Shown here piece by piece: positions 11,269-19,425 of a stretch of 64,000 nucleotides of DNA. Position numbers and translations under genes: made by a program. How positions within the stretch are numbered: position 1 is the first letter of the stretch; the number at the start of each line of letters is the position of its first letter. The DNA comes from Candidatus Omnitrophota bacterium. Its GTDB lineage: Bacteria > Omnitrophota > Omnitrophia > JAHJGZ01. The stretch spans positions 21,755-85,754 of the forward strand of contig JAHJGZ010000132.1 in NCBI GenBank assembly GCA_018823795.1, in the 5' to 3' direction. A model generated the notes under the pieces. The model searched no databases. It had not been told where the DNA came from and saw only the letters and a list, made by a program, of their open reading frames with translations.

Positions 11269-11296
11269 TTGTTATGCATTTTTATTATGCTATAAT
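11269..11296 (+). promoter_or_regulatory. candidate sigma-70 promoter for the XRE-cupin gene
   Basis: TTGTTA (11269-74), a 16-nt spacer, then TATAAT (11291-96). An AAGGAG SD lies 8 nt before the ATG at 11352. Confidence 0.4.
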
Positions 11297-11351
11297 AAAA
11301 TAATTTTGTTAATTCATTTAACACAATATCTAAAGCCAAGGAGTTCAATTC

Positions 11352-11903
11352 ATGAGTCAATTAGGAGATAAAATTAGAGAAATCAGAAAACTTAAAAAAA
11401 TTACCTTAGTAGAATTAGCTAAAACCACGGGTGTTGCACAAGCATCACTTTCACGTATTGAAACTGGCGTCATGACCGGTACGGTAGATTCGCATCAAAA
11501 AATTGCAGAAGCACTTGGTGTGAGCATCGGAGAATTATACGAAAAGTTAGATATGCGTGTAGCAGACATTGCACAACATGAACCGAGCGAAGATACTATT
11601 ACGCATGTTACCGATTCAGTAAAATTGGAAGTGCTGACAACCAATACGACACATAAAAAAATTGTTCCTGTACTTTTTACACTTGATACGGGGAGCCAGA
11701 TAAAAGCCGATAGACTTGAAAGAGGTGTGGAACGATTCTATTGGGTCGTAAAAGGTGAAGTAATGTGTACTATCAATGATAAAGAATATCAATTAAAACA
11801 AAATCATACGATATATTTTGATGCGTCACTATCACATCATTTAAGGAACAACTCGTCATCGTCTGCACAAGTATTTTGTGCAACGAGCCCGCCTAAAATC
11901 TAA
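11352..11903 (+). CDS. XRE-family HTH transcriptional regulator with C-terminal cupin domain
   Basis: The HTH reads ITLVELAKTTGVAQASLSRIETG and the C-terminal half is cupin-like. It is one of only two plausible plus-strand genes. Confidence 0.85.
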   Translation: MSQLGDKIREIRKLKKITLVELAKTTGVAQASLSRIETGVMTGTVDSHQKIAEALGVSIGELYEKLDMRVADIAQHEPSEDTITHVTDSVKLEVLTTNTTHKKIVPVLFTLDTGSQIKADRLERGVERFYWVVKGEVMCTINDKEYQLKQNHTIYFDASLSHHLRNNSSSSAQVFCATSPPKI

Positions 11904-11913
11904 AAAACATTAG

Positions 11914-12069
11914 TTACAAAAGAAATGTTTTGGAAAAGACTAATGTAACGGTGAGTTTGCTCTGCTGATAGCTTTGTGTCGTCATATCCATTTTCTCAAC
12001 ACGAATAAGTGTCTGAGAAGATGCAATGGTATGCAACAAAACGACAAGATCCTGAATAGTGCATTCGAG
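11914..12069 (-). pseudogene. in-frame continuation of the PilO/GspM-like ORF beyond a TAA stop
   Basis: In the same frame after the TAA at 12070-72 I read LECTIQDLVVLLHTIASSQTLIRVEKMDMTTQSYQQSKLTVTLVFSKTFLL*, which resembles the beta-rich C-terminal part of PilO/GspM proteins. Confidence 0.5.
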
Positions 12070-12438
12070 TTAAACCTTAATTAAAAAAACATGAGTCTCT
12101 TCACGCATTTCATCGGGAAGCGGCTTAATATCATTTATGTCAACCTTTACCTGTTTAATAAACAATTCGATCTCTTTAAGGAATAAAGCCACTTCTTCTT
12201 CATTCGACTTTGTTTGTTTCATTTTACGTTCATATTCCTTAAATTGCCGCAGCGAATCATCAAAACAACGCACCGTTTGAGAACCACGCAGATATTGAAT
12301 ATTCGCTTTATCAATGCGCCGCTCAAGATCTTTCCATCCCTTCCCGAGAGGAATCATGACAAAAATATACGCTATCAGTACAATGCTTAGTATTACGAGC
12401 ACTACACGAATCTTTGTTATTTTAATGTATTTCATCAT
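12070..12438 (-). CDS. PilO/GspM-like inner-membrane assembly protein (N-terminal part)
   Basis: A single TM (VVLVILSIVLIAYIFVMI) followed by a coiled-coil. It sits after the PilMN/GspL-like gene. I placed the start at MMKYIK rather than the overlapping 12471. Confidence 0.55.
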   Translation of the reverse strand: MMKYIKITKIRVVLVILSIVLIAYIFVMIPLGKGWKDLERRIDKANIQYLRGSQTVRCFDDSLRQFKEYERKMKQTKSNEEEVALFLKEIELFIKQVKVDINDIKPLPDEMREETHVFLIKV

Positions 12439-12443
12439 AACTA

Positions 12444-13883
12444 TTATTTTTCTACCGTGCCATAGGGACAAAATATTTCAAAATCAATACGTTCCTGCTT
12501 ATTAATAATCTTTTCTTTGGCATATTTAATCTCCGCATTCTTGAAATAGGGAGATTTCTGCAAAATAAGCAATAAATCAGAAACGTGCGACATATCCGTG
12601 GTAACTCCTCGAAAGCTCACGCCGTGAGAAATATCATACTCTAATAATGCCAAAAATATATTTTGCGGAATAATTTTATAAAGCTCGCTCAGCATTGAAA
12701 GAGGAAACACCTGTCCTTGTTTGACCGTATTAATAATACCAATTCTTTTAATCGCTACGGTTACACTTTGTGCCTCAGGAGTAAGACGAGATAGCTCACG
12801 CTCAATATTTTTTACATACGTATATTTCTGGTATAGAAAAGTAAGGGTCCCTATCAAAACGACGAGACAGATACACACAGCAAGGATCGCAGCGTACAGT
12901 CTCCCCCCCCGAGTCTCACGTACCACACTTTGCTTTTTTAATGAAGGCGGCAATAGGTTAACTGTTGGAGAATGCATCAGTTGTGCCATGCCCGATATTG
13001 GGAGAAGACTGAGATTATATTCCTGCACACAATTGAAATTTCCCTGCACGGACGATTTACAATAATCCTCAAGACTGAGCACGGTAGCATCCTTTGAAAA
13101 ATTTACTTTAAAACTGGGAATTGCGGATACCAAGGTATGGCCAACAATAATTGTATTGACGACGATACCCCCTCTTTCTTTCTCGAGTCTGTCTAAGGTA
13201 TATCTGAGTTCAGCGATTATCTGTTCCATAAAGGCAGCTTGTTTCGAGGTAAGAGTAAAATCAACTTCATTGCTGATAGTCCGTGTATGTAAGACCATAG
13301 AACCATACATAATAATAAACTCTGTTCTATCATATGCGGTATCAATAAGCGCTACATATCGCGTATGTGCCGGATTATAAAGAGACGAATGGAGATAGGC
13401 TGAGACAATTCCCCACGTTGAAACACTTAAAAGATCTGGTTTAAGACCGCTCTGTACCATAATACGGATGATTCTGTCGCATTCTTTTTTATTTATTGCC
13501 GTCAGCACAATATGAGAATATCCTTTTTTCTCAGTCTCAAAGCAAACGAAATCATAGTACATTTCTTGCAATGAATAGGGAAAATGACGTTCTACTTGAA
13601 GGTCGACCATCTTTTGAATTTCTTGTTTTTCTGTGGAAGGAAGCTTAAGATAGCGTACAATAACCGTACTTCGTGAAACAAGCAAAAACGTTTTAGAAAT
13701 CTTTTGACATTGCTCTGTTGATGCTTTTATTTTCTCAACGATTTTATCGTCATTCAATTCCGCAATCTTATACGACCCAATAATATTGATTTTACTGACA
13801 TTCCCACTAATAATGCCCGTAACAATCTTAATGAAATTTCCCGTCCATTCAATGCCTAAGAATTCTTTGTTGTATTTTGCCAT
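12444..13883 (-). CDS. PilM-PilN fusion / GspL-like assembly protein
   Basis: 479 aa with an actin-like PilM N-terminus (FLGIEWTGNFIKIV), a central TM (LYAAILAVCICLVVLIGTLTFLY) and a PilN-like tail. Confidence 0.7.
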   Translation of the reverse strand: MAKYNKEFLGIEWTGNFIKIVTGIISGNVSKINIIGSYKIAELNDDKIVEKIKASTEQCQKISKTFLLVSRSTVIVRYLKLPSTEKQEIQKMVDLQVERHFPYSLQEMYYDFVCFETEKKGYSHIVLTAINKKECDRIIRIMVQSGLKPDLLSVSTWGIVSAYLHSSLYNPAHTRYVALIDTAYDRTEFIIMYGSMVLHTRTISNEVDFTLTSKQAAFMEQIIAELRYTLDRLEKERGGIVVNTIIVGHTLVSAIPSFKVNFSKDATVLSLEDYCKSSVQGNFNCVQEYNLSLLPISGMAQLMHSPTVNLLPPSLKKQSVVRETRGGRLYAAILAVCICLVVLIGTLTFLYQKYTYVKNIERELSRLTPEAQSVTVAIKRIGIINTVKQGQVFPLSMLSELYKIIPQNIFLALLEYDISHGVSFRGVTTDMSHVSDLLLILQKSPYFKNAEIKYAKEKIINKQERIDFEIFCPYGTVEK

Positions 13884-13886
13884 ATG

Positions 13887-15005
13887 CTATAATTCTCTCC
13901 ATGAAAAAACATCTAACATTCCTTCACTCTCGCTACCACCCACTCCTCCGCGTGCGGGGCCCAGCATCACCTCGACTGTTCTAAATCGAGGTCTATTTTT
14001 TATAGTAACATCAATAGTAACAGAAAAATATTTTGAATCAATAGTACAATGCTGCAAAAGCTGTATGACAAGTGAAATATTAATAACATCGCTCGACATG
14101 CCAAGACAAGCCAAAAAATTATGAGCAGTTAAATCCTTGTCCGTAAAATAATATTGCTCCCTCTCTTCGCTCTTCTGCCCGTCTCCTTCATTATTTGCTT
14201 CATTATATTCTCCGGCCTTCAATCGAAATTCTACGATATGTTTAAAGAGCTCCTTCTTTCGCTGTTCATCGCCGGATAAACTAATAATTACTGATTTTAA
14301 AACGGGCAAAGATGCTGTATTTAGATTTATGGTAAGTATACCCGTATTGCCTGAATCTGTATACACCGTCAGATAGTCTTTAATCAGAACAAAATCTGCC
14401 TCTGTTATATCAGGTAAAAGTAATAATTCTTCAAGAGACTCGAATGGTTCTTTTTTATAATCATACCCGAGAGAACTTTTGCCCTTTATTGAACTGTCAC
14501 CGCGCCAATAAAGAATACTACTGACAAGATCTTCTGTGGATACTTCAATAGCACCTATTTCTTCTTCAATATATAAAAAAAGTGACGTTAGTTCACGTTC
14601 CTTGGCCTGATTAATACTAATTTTACTTTCTTCATCAACAATACGTATCGAGAGACTACCGCTCGGCCATACGTCTTCTGCAATTTTAATTTGATTATAC
14701 CACGTATCATACGTACTATCAACGCTTGGCTCTTCATCGGCATTAATATAATAGCGGGCAACATTAATACCTGAAAAAAGTATCTGTTCAGCGTCAAAGT
14801 ATTCTTTCTCACGTACCGATAATGTCGCCTCTAAATTACTGCGGTACCCTAACGATAACACCAAGAGTACAAAAATAGTCAAAATCCATAACGATACAAT
14901 AAGAATAGAACCGCTATAATTATGTATTCTCTTCTCTTCCCCATTGACCATGGGGAATCCAAATTTTCTTCTCAATTGTTTTATCTCCCTTTTCTCCTCG
15001 TCCAT
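13887..15005 (-). CDS. gspK: GspK-like minor pseudopilin
   Basis: N-terminal hydrophobic segment SGSILIVSLWILTIFVLLVLSLGY, of GspK size and position. The start is uncertain: 15005 or the ATG at 14951. Confidence 0.6.
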   Translation of the reverse strand: MDEEKREIKQLRRKFGFPMVNGEEKRIHNYSGSILIVSLWILTIFVLLVLSLGYRSNLEATLSVREKEYFDAEQILFSGINVARYYINADEEPSVDSTYDTWYNQIKIAEDVWPSGSLSIRIVDEESKISINQAKERELTSLFLYIEEEIGAIEVSTEDLVSSILYWRGDSSIKGKSSLGYDYKKEPFESLEELLLLPDITEADFVLIKDYLTVYTDSGNTGILTINLNTASLPVLKSVIISLSGDEQRKKELFKHIVEFRLKAGEYNEANNEGDGQKSEEREQYYFTDKDLTAHNFLACLGMSSDVINISLVIQLLQHCTIDSKYFSVTIDVTIKNRPRFRTVEVMLGPARGGVGGSESEGMLDVFSWREL

Positions 15006-15564
15006 TATCGATAAAAGTAATCCATACAGTAACTTTCACTGCTTGCGGAATGGATTGTTGATCCTCAGCAGACCACGTATCCTTCCATACTATTGATTCA
15101 TCAGTTTCGCTAAAAAAACCATACTGAAATGAAATATTCTTAAGATACGACGGAAGGATGTTCGTTTTTGTCTCCTTTTCATTCTTGCGGGATAGTGATT
15201 TTTCTTTTTTAACTAACTTTTTTGAAGCAAAGGTATATTCAATATGAACGAAATCGTCACATTTATTATCTTTCGTATATCTTCCTAATACCGCAGGGAA
15301 TGACATACTCGTTTTCTTGCCTTCGAAAGGCACAGAAGAATATTGAACAGCATTTCGTAATTCACGTGAAATTGAATTTAAAAAATGAGTTGTTCTATGA
15401 TAGGACGACAGTCCTACCTCCCCTCGCTTATAGAGCATAAGACCACTTTGCAGAGCAAGATATAAACTTGAACTGACTACTAAAAATAACGTTATAGCGA
15501 GCAGAAATTCTATGAGAGTAAACCCCGTTAGAGTGCGTCCATGTGTATTATAGTTTTCTCTCAT
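14920..15564 (-). CDS. gspJ: prepilin-type pseudopilin (GspJ-like)
   Basis: The leader MRENYNTHGRTLTG precedes FTLIEFLLAITLFLVV, the prepilin cleavage/methylation motif. Confidence 0.7.
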   Translation of the reverse strand: MRENYNTHGRTLTGFTLIEFLLAITLFLVVSSSLYLALQSGLMLYKRGEVGLSSYHRTTHFLNSISRELRNAVQYSSVPFEGKKTSMSFPAVLGRYTKDNKCDDFVHIEYTFASKKLVKKEKSLSRKNEKETKTNILPSYLKNISFQYGFFSETDESIVWKDTWSAEDQQSIPQAVKVTVWITFIDNGRGEKGDKTIEKKIWIPHGQWGREENT

Positions 15565-15630
15565 ATGTAGGCTCTTACTATCTCGTTAACGTATTGAATA
15601 TCTTTTTTGATAGTTATTCTCTAACGGGGT
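15522..15630 (-). promoter_or_regulatory. 5' UTR / coding inverted repeat enclosing the gspJ-like start codon
   Basis: Plus-strand ctctaacggggt (15619-30) and accccgttagag (15522-33) are perfect 12-nt complements. The lower arm encodes TLTG-F. Confidence 0.6.
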
Positions 15631-15665
15631 AAATCCAGCCCTAAATTTTATTGCAGATGCTTTCA

Positions 15666-16091
15666 TTAATTACCTTTTTCTCTGAGGGCATGAAATGTTT
15701 CAACATCAAATACTGTATTGTCATTAAGCAAAATATACGTGGTCGCTTTTTTATAGGATACTGTTGTTGCTTCAGAACTAACGTCTCCTTTGTCGGTACC
15801 GCCATCTTCGTTGCCACGAGACAAAGCAACATCATCCCATTCATATTGATATGAGTATTCCTTACGTACGGTAAGGTTTTTATTATTAAACTTTTTCTTT
15901 CCTTTTGTTACGATCATCTGTTTTGCTAATTTTGGTGTAGTAAAAAGTTCGAATAAACAATCAGAAGCTATTAAACGTACATCGAAATATTCTTGTGAAC
16001 GTTTTGTTATTTCTATAATATGCCGGAATGCCTGAAGAGAAGCGGTAATGCCAATCGATAGAATAAGAATAGCCAGTAATACTTCAAACAA
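15666..16091 (-). CDS. gspI: GspI-like pseudopilin, body separated from its leader by a frameshift
   Basis: (L)FEVLLAILILSIGITASLQAF is a prepilin hydrophobic helix. The ATG at 16134 encodes MRRLPLLKQKK, and an A9 run (plus-strand T9, 16101-09) puts it out of frame. Confidence 0.65.
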   Translation of the reverse strand: MFEVLLAILILSIGITASLQAFRHIIEITKRSQEYFDVRLIASDCLFELFTTPKLAKQMIVTKGKKKFNNKNLTVRKEYSYQYEWDDVALSRGNEDGGTDKGDVSSEATTVSYKKATTYILLNDNTVFDVETFHALREKGN

Positions 16092-16181
16092 TAAAATACC
16101 TTTTTTTTTGTTTTAAAAGAGGTAATCGTCTCATAGCATCATGCTTTTTGTATTATCGGTCTATACATAATCAATATACTA

Positions 16182-16685
16182 TTATTCCCGAAAGGTTACT
16201 TTCAAACCAAATAAGTAGCCTGGTATTGTAAATGATACTGTTTGATCATTATTGTAACAAATTGAAAATTGGGCAATTGTTGATGAACCATCGGGAAAGA
16301 AAAAAATTTCATCGGACGTCAAATCAGAAAGTTCCATGTTTTTGGGTAATCGTATTGAAAAGGAACCTTTTCCTGTAATCTTCTCAAATTCCTCTTTCTT
16401 ATCCTGTTTCTGTTGACTAAAAAGAGAAAAGCGTTTTTCTTCTCTTTCTATAGACATTTTATACACAGTCCCATCCAGCACAGGGCTCTGCTGAGCATAG
16501 TGAATTAATTTTTCAATCTTTTCTATAGTGCTATGGAGTTCATAATTAAAAAAAAGAACGCCAACGCGAGGAATAACGAGGCCGGTAAAGATACTTATTA
16601 ATAATACAACAAGTAATATTTCAATTAACGTGAATCCCGTTAGAGTGCGTCCGTTAGTAGAATGTGCCATTTTAAGAGTAAGCAT
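16182..16685 (-). CDS. gspH: prepilin-type pseudopilin (GspH-like)
   Basis: GRTLTG precedes FTLIEILLVVLLISIF; 167 aa. Confidence 0.7.
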   Translation of the reverse strand: MLTLKMAHSTNGRTLTGFTLIEILLVVLLISIFTGLVIPRVGVLFFNYELHSTIEKIEKLIHYAQQSPVLDGTVYKMSIEREEKRFSLFSQQKQDKKEEFEKITGKGSFSIRLPKNMELSDLTSDEIFFFPDGSSTIAQFSICYNNDQTVSFTIPGYLFGLKVTFRE

Positions 16686-16743
16686 TTCGTATCACATATG
16701 TTATTTTTATAACCTTTTTTCACCGTTTTTTCTCTAACGGGGT
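16634..16743 (-). promoter_or_regulatory. 5' UTR / coding inverted repeat enclosing the gspH-like start codon
   Basis: ctctaacggggt (16732-43) against atcccgttagag (16634-45), 11 of 12 complementary. Confidence 0.55.
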
Positions 16744-16829
16744 GAACCCGGTGGAACGCTTTTTAAATAGCCTTTTACGTATTATCACAATATAACTATT
16801 GAATAATGTATCAATTTACGAACAACCCC

Positions 16830-17276
16830 TTAGTCAGTATCCCAATTAGAAATATCATCCGCTGTTCCTTCTTGCCCATCTGACCCACGAGAACTTAGAT
16901 CGTAGGAAGCGGTATTATTAATCCCTGGATACTTGTAACTATATTCATTTCCCCATGGGTCTTTCGGAAGTCTTCTTTTTACATACGGGCCACGCCAATT
17001 CTTGACTGAACCAGGATCCGTAATTAAATCTTCTAACCGCGCAGGATAGGTACCGGTATCGAGTTCATATAAATCAAGGGCTGCACCAATGCCGCCATGA
17101 ATATCCGCCATCGCTCCTTCGCGACGCGCCTCTTCTCCCCGCCCTACCATATTTGGAATAACCAGTCCTGCTAAAATACCAATAATAAGAACAACTAATA
17201 AAATTTCTATTAACGTGAACCCCGATAGAGAGCGACGCGTAAATAACTTTTTACGTAATAATAACTTAATCGGCAT
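16830..17276 (-). CDS. gspG: major pseudopilin GspG
   Basis: MPIKLLLRKKLFTRRSLSG precedes FTLIEILLVVLIIGILAGLVIPN, and the C-terminus has GSDGQEGTADDISNW. The ORF-track N-terminal extension to 17375 is translation of the inverted repeat, not coding sequence. Confidence 0.85.
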   Translation of the reverse strand: MPIKLLLRKKLFTRRSLSGFTLIEILLVVLIIGILAGLVIPNMVGRGEEARREGAMADIHGGIGAALDLYELDTGTYPARLEDLITDPGSVKNWRGPYVKRRLPKDPWGNEYSYKYPGINNTASYDLSSRGSDGQEGTADDISNWDTD

Positions 17277-17345
17277 AGTGACACCATTGTTACTCCTGTT
17301 CCCTGTTACTTCATTCTCTAACGGGGTGAACCCCTTATTTGTTCT
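17219..17345 (-). promoter_or_regulatory. 5' UTR / coding inverted repeat enclosing the gspG start codon
   Basis: ctctaacggggt (17326-37), followed by the mini-palindrome ggggtgaacccc (17334-45), against accccgatagag (17219-30); 11 of 12 complementary. Confidence 0.6.
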
Positions 17346-17364
17346 CATATGCCCTCCACTGTTA

Positions 17365-18582
17365 TCATCTAACAAAAATGTTAATTTGAAATATTGGCAG
17401 CAACATACTAATCACAATGATACCAACAAGCAAACCAATACATAATACCAATAACGGTTCTATTAACGTCGTAATAACTTTAATCTGCATATCAACGTCT
17501 TTTTCATACGAATGAGCCACACGTTCCAATGATTTAGAGAGCATACCACTTTCTTCCCCCGTGGCAACCATATTAATAATAAGTGGCGAAAAAGATTTCA
17601 TCTCTTTCATTGCAACATGTATTTTACTACCATTACGCACCTTATCATGTACACAGCCAATATCTTTTTTTAGTGCAGCGCTCCGCAATATATCTTTTGC
17701 AACTAATAATGATTCTAATATAGTAAGGCCCCCCTCCTGAAGCATCCCCAAACTTCTGGCAAAGCGTCCTATTTCTTCTTTGTGCATAAGATGCCCCCAG
17801 ACAGGAATTTTCATTACCATAAAATCAAATAACGTACTTGCTGTCTCAGTGTTGGCTATTTGCCTTTTAATCCACCATACGAATACAATTGCTATCAATG
17901 CAATAAACCACCAGAGAGTAAGAAATCCATGACTCGCTTTAATAACCAGCATGGTAATAAATGGTAATCCTTGTCCTAAATCAGCATACATTGACTCCAA
18001 GCGTGGAATAACAAAAGTGAGAATGGCAATGACCGTAGCAATACCACAGATGCCTATTAAAGAAGGATAGACAAATGCTTGTTTAATACGGTTTCTAAAA
18101 TCATCCTCTTTTTCTAATGTCGTCGCAAGTCGCATTAAAACGTGCTCAAGTCTACCACTCGCCTCACCGGCACGTATCATGTTAATATAAAAGACGTTGA
18201 AAATCTTTTTGTACATTTCTAAACTTTTTGAAAAACTCATTCCACCTTTAACCTGACGAGAAACATCCGACAATATTTCTTTAAGCCGCGTTTTTTCTAC
18301 TTGGGTAACAATAGTATCTAACGCTTTATGAAGTGTTAAACCCGAGCCCAAGAGGTCAACTAATTGATAGGTAAAGGTGTACGTATCTTTCAGTGTAACT
18401 TTTTGTACTTTGAAATGAGAGGCTTTTTTTTCGGTGGTATCACTACGTATCTCTTTTAGTTCAAGCGGCACAATTTTTTTTAAAGATAGCTGAAGGACAG
18501 CGGCCGCTTCATTGTCTGCTCTAACCGTACCGGTGATAATCTTTGCGGGGCCTTCTTTCGCGCGATATTCAAAAATTGCCAT
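17365..18582 (-). CDS. gspF: type II secretion / type IV pilus platform protein GspF/PilC
   Basis: 405 aa with a duplicated GspF-type domain and three TM segments. Confidence 0.9.
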   Translation of the reverse strand: MAIFEYRAKEGPAKIITGTVRADNEAAAVLQLSLKKIVPLELKEIRSDTTEKKASHFKVQKVTLKDTYTFTYQLVDLLGSGLTLHKALDTIVTQVEKTRLKEILSDVSRQVKGGMSFSKSLEMYKKIFNVFYINMIRAGEASGRLEHVLMRLATTLEKEDDFRNRIKQAFVYPSLIGICGIATVIAILTFVIPRLESMYADLGQGLPFITMLVIKASHGFLTLWWFIALIAIVFVWWIKRQIANTETASTLFDFMVMKIPVWGHLMHKEEIGRFARSLGMLQEGGLTILESLLVAKDILRSAALKKDIGCVHDKVRNGSKIHVAMKEMKSFSPLIINMVATGEESGMLSKSLERVAHSYEKDVDMQIKVITTLIEPLLVLCIGLLVGIIVISMLLPIFQINIFVR

Positions 18583-18605
18583 TACAGACCTTTTCTTTAT
18601 AAGTT

Positions 18606-18926
18606 TTATTTCTTTTCAATCGACTCACTGATCCAATCCAAATAGTCTTTGGACCCATCAAGTATGGGTAATGCAATTATTTCAGGCACGTCATATGAAT
18701 GATGTTTTTTAATAATCGACTCGACACGGCTAAAATAGGTTTTTTCAGTTTTTGCTATTAACAGTGTCTCACTGGCATTATCTATTTTTCCTTGCCACCA
18801 AAAGCGAGAAGAAATAGTATCAATAATATTTGCACAGGCGACTGCTCGTGCCTCCAATAAACATTGAGCGACCTTTGAAGCTTCATCCTTGTTGGGAAAT
18901 GTCGTTAGAATAATAATATAATCCAT
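18606..18926 (-). CDS. cutA: divalent-cation tolerance protein CutA
   Basis: 106 aa; ILTTFPNKDEASKVAQCLLEARAVACANI...WWQGKI is the CutA1 fold signature. Confidence 0.85.
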   Translation of the reverse strand: MDYIIILTTFPNKDEASKVAQCLLEARAVACANIIDTISSRFWWQGKIDNASETLLIAKTEKTYFSRVESIIKKHHSYDVPEIIALPILDGSKDYLDWISESIEKK

Positions 18927-18953
18927 ATGCAGTCACTCCGTTACCCTGTTGAT

Positions 18954-19151
18954 CTAGACAAGTTTAATAGTATAGTCATCCCCATTCTTTATAACATTCA
19001 CATGTCCTTCTCGAGCTAACCATCCTAAACTCATTAATATTAAATCATGTGGCGCATCAATTTCTTTAAGCACTTCTTTAAGAATGACAGGAGATTTTTT
19101 GTCCAAAACATGTAATATGTCACCTGCAGTAATACCAATTTCTGTAATCAT
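18954..19151 (-). CDS. small winged-helix protein (DUF2582-like)
   Basis: ITAGDILHVLDKK..LSLGWLAREGHV. I moved the start to the ATG at 19151, 7 nt after an AAGGAGG SD. Confidence 0.65.
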   Translation of the reverse strand: MITEIGITAGDILHVLDKKSPVILKEVLKEIDAPHDLILMSLGWLAREGHVNVIKNGDDYTIKLV

Positions 19152-19334
19152 AGAGACCTCCTTGTTGCATGAGCACATGATTTATGGAGTATATTGTACG
19201 ACATAAATCATATCTGCGAATTCAACCCAGCACTAATTTTTAATTCACTCTTTTTATCAAAAATTAGCGCATTGATTTTAGTATATCTATTTAGAATTCA
19301 CCCACAACTAATTCAAAAAAGATTAGTGCTGGGT
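19152..19334 (-). repeat. intergenic module copy 1 (long P1, TGAATTCG linker, P2, SD)
   Basis: P2 spans 19177-19211 (atgatttatg...cataaatcat). P1 arms are acccagcactaat (19225-37) and attagtgctgggt (19322-34). Confidence 0.75.
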
Positions 19335-19365
19335 AAATTCAAACTTATACCTTATCTTCACCTTC

Positions 19366-19404
19366 GCCCGCCTGCCGCCTGCCGGACAAGCAGGGACGGG
19401 CAGG
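19366..19404. repeat. GC-rich palindrome just after the exbD stop
   Basis: gcccgcctgccgcctgccggacaagcagggacgggcagg shares the CCTGCC/GGCAGG core with the other copies. Confidence 0.65.
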
Positions 19405-19425
19405 TTCGCTAAGGTATGTTTTCAT

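Noticed and set aside
12070-12072. Alternative genetic code (TAA read as sense) to explain the in-frame stop
   Set aside because: TAA terminates well-defined genes here, for example ppdK at 4593-4595. No other conserved genes show internal TAA codons.
17277-17375. N-terminal extension of the gspG ORF (MLDDNSGGHMRTNKGFTPLENEVTG...)
   Set aside because: The 'GFTPLEN' is simply the reverse-complement arm of the leader inverted repeat translated in frame. The true prepilin leader starts at the ATG at 17276.
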